37,394 nt of DNA, from positions 1-37,394 of the forward strand of contig CANQHT010000001.1 in assembly GCA_947623705.1 (NCBI GenBank). The letters are read 5' to 3'. Below are positions 1 to 7,694 of the stretch, in pieces. A model generated the notes under the pieces. That model was not told the origin of the DNA. It searched no databases and saw only the letters and a list, made by a program, of their open reading frames with translations. This stretch comes from an uncultured Bacilli bacterium (GTDB taxonomy: Bacteria > Bacillota_I > Bacilli_A > RF39 > UBA660). Both the position numbers and the translations under genes were made by a program. How positions within the stretch are numbered: the stretch's first letter is position 1; each line of letters opens with the position of its first letter.

Positions 1-294
1 TATGGTTTAAAAGATCTTGAAACAGTTAAAAGTGATATTAAAGATTATTTAAAAGAAATTGTGTTAATTAATCAAGCCTTAAGTAAAAATCCAAGTTTAG
101 AAGATAAAGAAGAATTATTAATGGATTATAAAGATGTTTTAGAAGACCTTAACTATTATTTAGGTAGTTTAACCAGTATTTGTTTTACGAAAACTTTAGG
201 ATATACCCCCAATTTAAAAGAAGCAGTTCTACATATTAGTCAAAATAAATATAATATTTATGATATTCCTTACGGAAATAAGCCTAAAAGGTAG
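1..294 (+). CDS. 3' end of a hypothetical protein (partial, runs off the window start)
   Basis: Frame 1 is open from nt 1 to the stop at 292-294. No recognisable motif. Confidence 0.5.
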   Translation, partial: YGLKDLETVKSDIKDYLKEIVLINQALSKNPSLEDKEELLMDYKDVLEDLNYYLGSLTSICFTKTLGYTPNLKEAVLHISQNKYNIYDIPYGNKPKR

Positions 295-313
295 GAAAAA
301 TACGGGTTTTAAA

Positions 314-342
314 TTGACAAACCATATTATTTTTGATAAAAT
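314..342 (+). promoter_or_regulatory. sigma-A type promoter of the rplU operon
   Basis: TTGACA (314-319), 17-nt spacer, TAAAAT (337-342). Confidence 0.55.
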
Positions 343-348
343 CATAAT

Positions 349-440
349 GTTTTAAGTCATTTCGGAAAAAACCGCACTGAAAAGGTTAAAAACAAGTTAT
401 TGTACCTTAAGGGCGCGACTTAAAGAAAAATTAAATAAGG
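349..440 (+). promoter_or_regulatory. L21-leader-like structured 5' UTR
   Basis: Long-range pairing of TTTAAGTC (351-358) with GACTTAAA (417-424) encloses an AAGGT...ACCTT hairpin. Its position directly upstream of rplU matches the Bacillota L21 leader. Confidence 0.5.
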
Positions 441-449
441 AGGTATGAA

Positions 450-749
450 ATGAACGCAGTATTTAAAACTGGTGGTAAACAATATTATGTTGCAGAAGGC
501 GATGTAATATATGTGGAAAAACTTGCTGCTGAAGTAGGTTCTACAGTAACATTTGATGAAGTTTTATTTGTTGATGGTGTTGCGGGAAATCCTACAGTTA
601 AAGGAGCAAAAGTTGAATGTAAGGTTGAAGCCCAAGGAAAAAATAAGAAAATTGTTGTTTTCAAGTATAGACCTAAAAAGAAATTCCGTAAAAAACAAGG
701 TCATAGACAACCTTATACTAAACTAGTTGTTACTAAAATTAGTAAATAG
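450..749 (+). CDS. rplU: 50S ribosomal protein L21
   Basis: [24 protein letters not shown]... is a typical L21 sequence. Confidence 0.97.
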   Translation: MNAVFKTGGKQYYVAEGDVIYVEKLAAEVGSTVTFDEVLFVDGVAGNPTVKGAKVECKVEAQGKNKKIVVFKYRPKKKFRKKQGHRQPYTKLVVTKISK

Positions 750-751
750 TT

Positions 752-1042
752 ATGATTAAAGTATTGTATAATGATAAAAGAATTAAAATAAGTGGTCATG
801 CTAATTTTGATTCTTATGGTAATGATATTGTTTGCGCTAGTGTATCTAGTATTGTGGAAACCACTATTAATGGCATATTAAATATTGATAATAAAGCTAT
901 TAAGGTTATTGATAATAAAGATTTAGTTATTGATATTTTAAGTAATGATATAGTTATTAAGAAATTAATTACTAATATGTTAGAATTATTAAAAGAACTG
1001 GAGAAACAATATCCAAAAAATATTAATGTAAAGGAGAATTAG
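752..1042 (+). CDS. prp: ribosomal-processing cysteine protease Prp
   Basis: [19 protein letters not shown] (His/Cys dyad region). Sits in the conserved position between rplU and rpmA. Confidence 0.9.
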   Translation: MIKVLYNDKRIKISGHANFDSYGNDIVCASVSSIVETTINGILNIDNKAIKVIDNKDLVIDILSNDIVIKKLITNMLELLKELEKQYPKNINVKEN

Positions 1043-1043
1043 A

Positions 1044-1331
1044 ATGTTATTTATAAAGTTAGATATTCAAAGATTTGCCCATAAAAAAGGACAATCTTCT
1101 ACTGATAATGGTCGTGATTCAAGAGGTCGTAGATTAGGTGCTAAATTATCTGATGGACAAGTTTGTAGTGCTGGTGCTATAATCTATCGCCAAAGAGGAA
1201 CTAAAATTTATCCGGGTACTAATGTAGGAATGGGTAAAGATCATACATTATTTAGCAAAATTGATGGTATTGTTAAATATGAAAGATTAGGTAGAGATAA
1301 AAAGAAAGTAAGCGTTTACGAAGCAAAGTAG
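1044..1331 (+). CDS. rpmA: 50S ribosomal protein L27 with N-terminal propeptide
   Basis: [11 protein letters not shown]|AHKKGQSST... The extension before AHKKG is the Prp cleavage substrate. Confidence 0.97.
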   Translation: MLFIKLDIQRFAHKKGQSSTDNGRDSRGRRLGAKLSDGQVCSAGAIIYRQRGTKIYPGTNVGMGKDHTLFSKIDGIVKYERLGRDKKKVSVYEAK

Positions 1332-1360
1332 TAAATGCTTTTTTTTATGCAAAATTTTTC

Positions 1361-1441
1361 TTGACATTAGTTGACAAAAAAATATAGAAAATACAAGGTT
1401 CTTGAAAAAAAATCTTGATTTTCGGGGGGGTAACTTATACT
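1361..1441 (+). promoter_or_regulatory. conserved promoter cassette copy A, with a G7 tract in the -35/-10 spacer
   Basis: Tandem TTGACA (1361-1366, 1371-1376). Then TTGATT (1415-1420), spacer ttcGGGGGGGtaact (15 nt), TATACT (1436-1441). Homologous to the cassettes at 35401 and 37028. Confidence 0.6.
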
Positions 1442-1472
1442 AAATGTATAAAGTAGGAAGGAAGAATTTTAA

Positions 1473-3176
1473 ATGGAAGAAAACAAAAGAAAGACCATAA
1501 TATTAACATTTATTGGGGCTTTAACATTATTATTTGTGGTAGTAGGTGGAACATTTGCTTACTTTCAAATAGTAAATACGGGAGAAGGAGAAACAACATC
1601 ATCGTTAACTGGGGAAACCGAAGACTTAACAAAATATGGAACACCAACATTAACTCAAGGAACAAGTAATCTCCATATAAATTTAAAAGCCAGTGATATG
1701 GGGTATAGTAAAAAAGGAACAGAATACTGGGCAACAAATGTTGAAGAAAAAGATTATGAGAATGGAAAACAACAACATATCATATCAACGGCAGGAATAA
1801 GTGGGGCCGAAAGTGAAGATACAGAACTAACTTGTACCAGTGAATTAACAATAAAAGCTAGCGGAAGTATATTAGAAGATACAAATCCATTAGTAGAAGA
1901 AGATGGATATGTATATTTAGGATCAAAAAATGGTGGAAGTAATAAAGTAAGTATAAATCCTACTCAAATAGATTTAAAACAAATAATAGATAAAAGTATG
2001 GGAAAAGGAGTAGGATATCAAACTGAAATAAATTATACAATTAAAGGAAATACTAGTATTGATATAACTATAGATATAGACATCATAAATAGAGATGCAA
2101 ATCAAAATTCATTAGCAGGAAAATCAATTAATTTTACCATAACCAATAAAAATATAAGTTGTAGTGTTAAAGAAAACGAAGAAAAGGCTTATGCTAACTT
2201 TGGAGGTCAAAAAGACTATTATAAATCTGAAGATTATAGATATAGTATTTCAAGTATAACATTTGTGGATAATATTCCTAGTGATGATGAATTGACTACT
2301 AAAGTAGCAAATTGGGATTTAAGTGATACAGCAAGCGGAACACCAGAAAAAAGTGTTATGGGATGGTTAGAAAATAGTTCAAATGATGATGGAAATTATG
2401 ATTTATATATAGGCTCAAAATCAACAATATATGCTAAAGATTTAAGCAATACCTTTTATGATATGCCAATGGTTAAAAGTATAAATAATTTAAAAAAATT
2501 AAATACAAGTGAAGCAACCAGTATGGCTTCTATGTTTTATGAATATTTTTCTTTAACTACATTAGATGTTAGTAGTTTTGATACTTCAAATGTAACCAAT
2601 ATGTCTAATATGTTTAGGGGAAAAGCGGGAGGTGGAGGTCAATTAACTAAAATAATAGGTTTAGATACTTTTGTAACAACAAATGTCGAAAATATGAGTT
2701 ATATGTTTGCTAATAATGTCAATTTAACTTCGTTAGATTTGAGTAGTTTTAATACTTCAAATGTAATCAATATGAGTTATATGTTTGGTTCGGAAAACGA
2801 ATCGAGAACTCTTAATAGTGTTTTAACATTTAAAGACTGGCCAAATTTTATAACAACGAAAGTAGAAAATATGAGTTATATGTTTTTTAACTATGGAGGA
2901 ACAACATTAGATTTAAGTAGTTTTGATACCTCACAAGTAACAGATATGAGTTCTATGTTTTCTGGATGTAGACAATTAGAAACTTTAGATTTGAGTAGTT
3001 TTACGTTTGATAAAATTACCGGAAATGGAAAAAATGATGCTGGTAGTCAAAATACATTCTCTAATGTTCGATCAACTTGTCAAGTCAAAGTAAAATCAAG
3101 TCAAAAAGAAATATTTGAAAGTAAATTTCCGTATGATGAACGGTCTAGGGCATTCACTCCATCATATGTCGATTAA
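1473..3176 (+). CDS. secreted BspA-type leucine-rich-repeat surface protein with SipW/TasA-class signal peptide
   Basis: N-terminus ...LLFVVVGGTFAYFQ resembles the TasA/camelysin SipW-cognate signal. The C-terminal half has repeated LDLSSFDTSNVTNMSxMF units (DUF285 / 26-residue surface repeat). Confidence 0.8.
   Translation: MEENKRKTIILTFIGALTLLFVVVGGTFAYFQIVNTGEGETTSSLTGETEDLTKYGTPTLTQGTSNLHINLKASDMGYSKKGTEYWATNVEEKDYENGKQQHIISTAGISGAESEDTELTCTSELTIKASGSILEDTNPLVEEDGYVYLGSKNGGSNKVSINPTQIDLKQIIDKSMGKGVGYQTEINYTIKGNTSIDITIDIDIINRDANQNSLAGKSINFTITNKNISCSVKENEEKAYANFGGQKDYYKSEDYRYSISSITFVDNIPSDDELTTKVANWDLSDTASGTPEKSVMGWLENSSNDDGNYDLYIGSKSTIYAKDLSNTFYDMPMVKSINNLKKLNTSEATSMASMFYEYFSLTTLDVSSFDTSNVTNMSNMFRGKAGGGGQLTKIIGLDTFVTTNVENMSYMFANNVNLTSLDLSSFNTSNVINMSYMFGSENESRTLNSVLTFKDWPNFITTKVENMSYMFFNYGGTTLDLSSFDTSQVTDMSSMFSGCRQLETLDLSSFTFDKITGNGKNDAGSQNTFSNVRSTCQVKVKSSQKEIFESKFPYDERSRAFTPSYVD
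2490..3005 (+). repeat. in-frame ~26-residue LRR (DUF285-type) repeats inside the CDS
   Basis: At least five degenerate copies of L(D/T)xSxFxTSxVxNMSxMF. Confidence 0.6.
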
Positions 3177-3380
3177 TTGAAACTAGCTTACATACAATTA
3201 AAAACATTAAAACAAGCATAAAAAAACATTTAATATCTTATTTATTTTGAATATAAAATGTTAAGGAAGTCTTTTTTCAAAAACTGTCCGAAGGTAAGAC
3301 AATAAAAGGTGTAAGTTCTTAAAAATAATAACAACATAAAAATAAAAATCATTTAGTATATTTTACTAGGTGATTTTTTT

Positions 3381-3962
3381 ATGGATAAGTTAATAAAACA
3401 TCGCGGAATTTCAAATGATAAAATAAAAGAAAATACTTATGATGCGATAAGTAAAGCCTTAAATGATAATAAATATGTGGGAGTAGAATTTGATGTAAGG
3501 GAAACAATAGATCATGAGTTTATTATTTATCACGATCCTTTATATAATGGGAAATTAATTAGTCAAATGACTTTTAATGAATTACCAAGATTTATGCCCA
3601 AGTTAAAAACTATTTTAAAAATAAATAGTAATAAAATATTTTTAATTGAATTAAAGAATATAAGTAGTTATAAAAAATTTTATAATTTATTAGAGAAATA
3701 TCCTACTAAAAAGTTATATGTTATGAGTTTTTCTAACAGATTAATAAATAATGTTAATTTAGAAAATAGACATTATAAAATAGGGATATTAAATTATGTT
3801 TTAAATACTAGTTTAGATATTAAAAGACTAGATTTTGTCGCCATATTAAATAGTTTATTAAATAAAAGTATTATTAATAATTTAAAAGATTTAGAAATAT
3901 TTTCTTATGGTTTATTCGAAAAAAAAGATTATGATGAAGTATATTATATTGTAGATAATTAA
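3381..3962 (+). CDS. glycerophosphodiester phosphodiesterase (GDPD) family protein, short form
   Basis: HRG...ENT...VEFDV...IIYHD motif order is typical of the GDPD fold. Confidence 0.75.
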   Translation: MDKLIKHRGISNDKIKENTYDAISKALNDNKYVGVEFDVRETIDHEFIIYHDPLYNGKLISQMTFNELPRFMPKLKTILKINSNKIFLIELKNISSYKKFYNLLEKYPTKKLYVMSFSNRLINNVNLENRHYKIGILNYVLNTSLDIKRLDFVAILNSLLNKSIINNLKDLEIFSYGLFEKKDYDEVYYIVDN

Positions 3963-5087
3963 TTATCTATATCTTGTTAATCTTTTTATTTTACTTCTAT
4001 CATAATCCATAACATGCGGATTAAAAATTATTTCTTGATTGCTTTGACCATTAAATATTTCCCGGTTAGTATTTCTTGTAGGAATAATTATACCTTTACT
4101 AATTAATGGTTCAATCATGGTATCATATATTTCTTTGTAGTGTTTCTTATCATTATAACGATTATAAAATGAGGCAAAGTCCGCCGTAGTTATTAAACCA
4201 TTCATCGAAAGTAAATATAATAATGATTGATAATCTAAACTACTTAATTTACTATTGGTACTACTAGTTATAACTTCCATTATATATTCTTTTTCTAATT
4301 CGGCTTGCACTGTTTGTAATATAAATTCAATAAAATAAGAAATATCTTTGTATTTTTTCACATCCATTATAGTTCGGTCATATTTAGAACCTTGAAAAGC
4401 AATACCTCGATTAAAGATAATATATGAATAAGCTTTTTTATTTAGTAGATACCACATGGAAAGAGTTCTTGAAGTCCGGCCATTAACATCAAAATAAGGA
4501 TGAATATAAACAAAGTAGAAGTGGAGTATTTGACTTTTAATATATTCATCAGTTAAAGTCTCACTATAATCCGCATTATTTAAAAATTCAAAATATTTTT
4601 CCATAAATTCATCTATTCTTTGTTCATTTATTCCTTCATCAGGATTACTTAAATTACCATTAAAAAGAATATATACTTTAGCATTCCGATAATATTCACC
4701 CATTCTTTTTAAATCTTCTTCTTTTAATAATCCTTTCGATAAAATACTATATAATTTTTTTAATGAATCTTTATTAATGTTTCTATTATTTAAAATATAA
4801 TGATAACCATGATATAAATTTAAAATTCTTTTAACTTGTTCACTATCACTTTGACCATATTTTTTCGCAATTATACTTTCCACAATTCTAACATCATCAA
4901 AATAACCTTCTACTTGATTATTAGCTTTTAATTCATGCGAAAACATTACATTTTTAGCCACAGTTTTAGTGTTTAAATGTTTATTTTGATGAATAAATTC
5001 TTCTAATTCATCTTTGGTTTTACTAAATCTATCTTCTCTGATTTTTAAATGCATCCCATTTTCAAATGTCAATGGTAATGTTGCCAT
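3963..5087 (-). CDS. Fic family protein (AMPylase/filamentation-induced-by-cAMP fold)
   Basis: Fic motif HPYFDVNGRTSR, matching HxFx(D/E)GNGRxxR with G->V. The start was moved to MATLPL (ATG at 5087), which sits behind an AAGGGGGG RBS. Confidence 0.85.
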   Translation of the reverse strand: MATLPLTFENGMHLKIREDRFSKTKDELEEFIHQNKHLNTKTVAKNVMFSHELKANNQVEGYFDDVRIVESIIAKKYGQSDSEQVKRILNLYHGYHYILNNRNINKDSLKKLYSILSKGLLKEEDLKRMGEYYRNAKVYILFNGNLSNPDEGINEQRIDEFMEKYFEFLNNADYSETLTDEYIKSQILHFYFVYIHPYFDVNGRTSRTLSMWYLLNKKAYSYIIFNRGIAFQGSKYDRTIMDVKKYKDISYFIEFILQTVQAELEKEYIMEVITSSTNSKLSSLDYQSLLYLLSMNGLITTADFASFYNRYNDKKHYKEIYDTMIEPLISKGIIIPTRNTNREIFNGQSNQEIIFNPHVMDYDRSKIKRLTRYR

Positions 5088-5156
5088 AATTGTAAACCCC
5101 CCTTTTGATTTGCTTGTTATTATACCAAAATATCGGTAAAATAGCAAATTTTCATC

Positions 5157-5183
5157 TCGAATTATGTTACTATTTGTATTTCT
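5157..5183. repeat. direct repeat copy 1 (covers the stop and last codons of the 126-aa gene)
   Basis: tcgaattatgttactatttgtatttct matches 5792-5818 at 26/27 positions. Looser similarity extends about 20 nt further. Confidence 0.75.
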
Positions 5184-5542
5184 TTCGCTTTTTTTCTTCT
5201 ATTAACTACTTTATTTTTATTTGCTGGAAACCAACTTCGGATTTTTAAAATTTTACCTGGACTTATTCTAACCGCTACACAAATATTAGTATTTATGTTT
5301 TTATAATATTCTATTGAATTATTTTTAATATTCAAAAAAACATAATCAGGATGTTTTATTATATTACTTAAATTATTATAAGCATTCATAACTTTACTTT
5401 TAGTACCAAAGTCTTTTAAATGATGTTCTATAACATGATCTATTCTATCATTATAAACTACTATGGGCTTATTCTTATGTTCATTAATCTTTAAATTCCT
5501 AGCAATTTTTGAATCTAAAATTCCTATATATTTGTATTTCAT
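5162..5542 (-). CDS. small hypothetical protein, possibly a PBECR-type (Barnase/EndoU/ColicinE5-D/RelE-like) nuclease
   Basis: GGAGGG RBS. The N-terminal pattern ...PIVVYNDRIDHVIEHH... resembles small PBECR-family proteins. The functional call is weak. Confidence 0.5.
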   Translation of the reverse strand: MKYKYIGILDSKIARNLKINEHKNKPIVVYNDRIDHVIEHHLKDFGTKSKVMNAYNNLSNIIKHPDYVFLNIKNNSIEYYKNINTNICVAVRISPGKILKIRSWFPANKNKVVNRRKKAKEIQIVT

Positions 5543-5554
5543 CTAAAACCCTCC

Positions 5555-5584
5555 AAAAAAAAGACCTACTATTGCTAGTAGGTC
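5555..5584 (-). terminator. intrinsic terminator/attenuator immediately upstream of the RBS of the 126-aa gene
   Basis: On the minus strand: GACCTACTA-gcaa-TAGTAGGTC (9-bp perfect stem), then T8, then GGAGGG and ATG. Confidence 0.6.
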
Positions 5585-5791
5585 AATAGGCATTGGTTGG
5601 ACATCACTTCCAACATCTCATCGGAAACTAATTGAAAGTAACCTACACTTAAGATTTTAACAATCCGCGATAGACGATGATTTTCTATCCTCAAATACCT
5701 ATTTTATAATAATTAGGATTTCTCCCACAACACACTTATATCACATTTTTTATAAAAAAGCAAATTTTTTAATCAATTTTTTCGAATTATG

Positions 5792-5818
5792 TTACTATTT
5801 GCATTTCTCTACATATGT
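5792..5818. repeat. direct repeat copy 2 (orphan 3'-end remnant ...EMQIVT*)
   Basis: tcgaattatgttactatttgcatttct lies 635 bp from copy 1. An upstream in-frame stop leaves only about 10 codons. Confidence 0.75.
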
Positions 5819-5822
5819 TAAA

Positions 5823-5849
5823 AAAACTAGTCAAAAATTAACTAGTTTT
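5823..5849. terminator. symmetric hairpin (possible bidirectional terminator)
   Basis: AAAACTAGT-caaaaatta-ACTAGTTTT. Confidence 0.4.
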
Positions 5850-6003
5850 GTCTAAGCTTTGTTAGTAACAAAATTAACAACATAATCTGTATTTTTTTTT
5901 CTTTTTTTTAACATTTATAAGCTTGATATTTTGACGGAAAATTCTGCAAAATGAAACTTTTGCTTTTTTGATAAATTTAAACTCCGTCGATATTTTAGGT
6001 AAA

Positions 6004-6032
6004 TTGAAAAAATAAGAATAGTATAGTATAAT
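6004..6032 (+). promoter_or_regulatory. sigma-A type promoter
   Basis: TTGAAA (6004-6009), 17 nt, TATAAT (6027-6032). Confidence 0.5.
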
Positions 6033-6057
6033 TTCGAATATGAAAGGGATTAAAATT

Positions 6058-6522
6058 ATGGATAATAATCTAAATAAGAGTATTTATTCATATGCTTTAG
6101 AATTTACTGATGAAGATGTAATAACTTTTTATGATGCTGCGAAAGTATTATTAAAAGGACTTGATTGTATAGTTTGTCGGGAGAGTGCTGCCGATATTCA
6201 AGGATATTCCAATGGTGGTTTTCGCCATCAAATATATGTTTATTCTGAAAAAGATTTTAATCTTCCATATGTTAAGTGTTTTATAGTAAAAAAATTAGAT
6301 AAAATTCCATTTATTGATTTTGATGGGGTAAAAGTATCACCAATTAATGATGCAATTATTGATATGTTAAGCAGTGATGATACAGATACCCAAGTTTTGT
6401 ATGAAACTTTTGCTGATTATTATTGGGAAAATAACGAATCATATAAGGGTTTAGTAATTCCCAAAAAATTAAAAAAGAAAGCTAAACATTATATGGAAGA
6501 GGGAATTTTATTCTATGAATAA
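6058..6522 (+). CDS. hypothetical protein (weak AbiEi-antitoxin-like features)
   Basis: The second ATG (6058) follows an AAAGGGA RBS, while the first ATG (6040) would be leaderless. ...CRESAADIQGYSNG... and ...GVKVSPINDAIIDML... loosely recall AbiEi. Confidence 0.55.
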   Translation: MDNNLNKSIYSYALEFTDEDVITFYDAAKVLLKGLDCIVCRESAADIQGYSNGGFRHQIYVYSEKDFNLPYVKCFIVKKLDKIPFIDFDGVKVSPINDAIIDMLSSDDTDTQVLYETFADYYWENNESYKGLVIPKKLKKKAKHYMEEGILFYE

Positions 6523-6581
6523 TGTTTTAAACAAATTATGTCAAGTATAGTGGTAGAGTCTACTATTTTATAATATTTTAG

Positions 6582-6589
6582 TGTATAAT
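6582..6589 (+). promoter_or_regulatory. extended -10 element upstream of murG
   Basis: TGtTATAAT, followed by an AGGTGA RBS. Confidence 0.4.
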
Positions 6590-6605
6590 TTAATTAGGTG
6601 ATACG

Positions 6606-7694
6606 ATGAATTTAATTATTTCGGCCGGTGGCTCAGGTGGACATATTTATCCTGCTTTAGCTATTGTTAAAAAATTTCAAGAAAAAGAAAAAGACTTAAA
6701 TGTTTTATATATTGGGACCCATAATCGAATGGAGAATGATATTATTCCTAAAAATAATATTCCTTTTAAATCAATAAAAATTTATGGCTTTAGTAAAAAT
6801 ATTTTGAAAGATATTAAAAATGTGGGATATTTATATAAGGCTTATAATACTTGTCTTAAAGTGATGGAAGAATTTAAACCGGATGTTGTTATTGGGGTTG
6901 GGGGTTATGTAACGATGCCGGTTATAATGGCCGCCCGTAAATTAAAAATTAAAACCGTTATTCACGAACAAAATATGATTCCGGGGAAAACGAATAAATT
7001 TTTAAGTCGGGGAGTAAATGCCGTTTTAACAACTTTTAAAGATAGTCAAAAATATTTTAGTGAGTATGTTAAATGTATTTATACGGGTCATCCTTGTGCC
7101 GATAATGTTCATTTGTTAAAGGCCGCTTCTAAAGAAAGTTTAGGTTTAAGTAAGAATAAAAAATTAGTTTTAGTTACCAGTGGTTCTCAAGGTAGCAGTG
7201 GCCTTAATGCGAAATTAATTGAGTATTTAAAATTAGCAAAAGATGCAAGTTATGAAATATTATTTGTAACGGGTAAAAATAATTATGAAACATTTATTAA
7301 AGAAAATCATTTTGCTAAAAATATTCATATTGTTCCTTATTTAGATAATATGGCCGGATTTTTAAAAAATTGTGATTTAGTTATCGGAAGAGCAGGGGCC
7401 GGTACTATTGTGGAACTCTTAGCTAGTAAAACCCCATCTATTTTAGTGCCTAGTCCAAATGTTGCTAATAACCATCAATATTATAATGCTTTAGAATTAG
7501 ATAATAAAAAGTTAGCTATTATGATTGAAGAAAAAGATTTAGATAGTCAAAAATTATTTGTAAGAATAAATGACTTATTAAGTGATAATGCTGAATATAA
7601 AACCTTAAAGAAAAATTTAATGGCTTATAAAACAGAAAATGCTAGTGAAAATATTTATAAAGTAGTAAAGGAGATTATTCATGAAGTTAAGTGA
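6606..7694 (+). CDS. murG: undecaprenyldiphospho-muramoylpentapeptide beta-N-acetylglucosaminyltransferase
   Basis: GGSGGHIYPALAI, and AGAGT...E in the C-terminal half. Confidence 0.95.
   Translation: MNLIISAGGSGGHIYPALAIVKKFQEKEKDLNVLYIGTHNRMENDIIPKNNIPFKSIKIYGFSKNILKDIKNVGYLYKAYNTCLKVMEEFKPDVVIGVGGYVTMPVIMAARKLKIKTVIHEQNMIPGKTNKFLSRGVNAVLTTFKDSQKYFSEYVKCIYTGHPCADNVHLLKAASKESLGLSKNKKLVLVTSGSQGSSGLNAKLIEYLKLAKDASYEILFVTGKNNYETFIKENHFAKNIHIVPYLDNMAGFLKNCDLVIGRAGAGTIVELLASKTPSILVPSPNVANNHQYYNALELDNKKLAIMIEEKDLDSQKLFVRINDLLSDNAEYKTLKKNLMAYKTENASENIYKVVKEIIHEVK

Noticed and set aside
1510-1737. Minus-strand ORFs of 60-108 aa inside plus-strand genes: 1510-1737, 7839-8030, 8077-8486, 10666-10863, 11333-11524, 12115-12303, 14394-14612, 15537-15827, 16037-16219, 18720-19025, 20436-20630, 22907-23095, 24624-24969, 25207-25533, 26111-26511, 29718-29951 and 30831-31055.
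   Set aside because: All lie antisense to well-supported conserved genes, lack an RBS and have low-complexity or hydrophobic junk-like composition. They are typical shadow ORFs.
5097-5102. Other short G/C homopolymers (C6 at 5097-5102, G6 at 14324-14329, G5 at 22788-22792 and 29343-29347) as phase-variation tracts.
   Set aside because: Each sits 6-10 nt before a start codon and simply forms the Shine-Dalgarno sequence (AGGGGG-type). They are shorter than the promoter tracts and are not in spacers or coding frames.
5585-5760. A tRNA, T-box leader or type III antitoxin repeat array in the 126-aa gene leader.
   Set aside because: No cloverleaf or GGTTCGAATCC-type T-arm is present, no T-box (…GGUGGUACCGCG…) sequence, and no tandem 30-45-nt repeats. 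Only isolated hairpins were seen.
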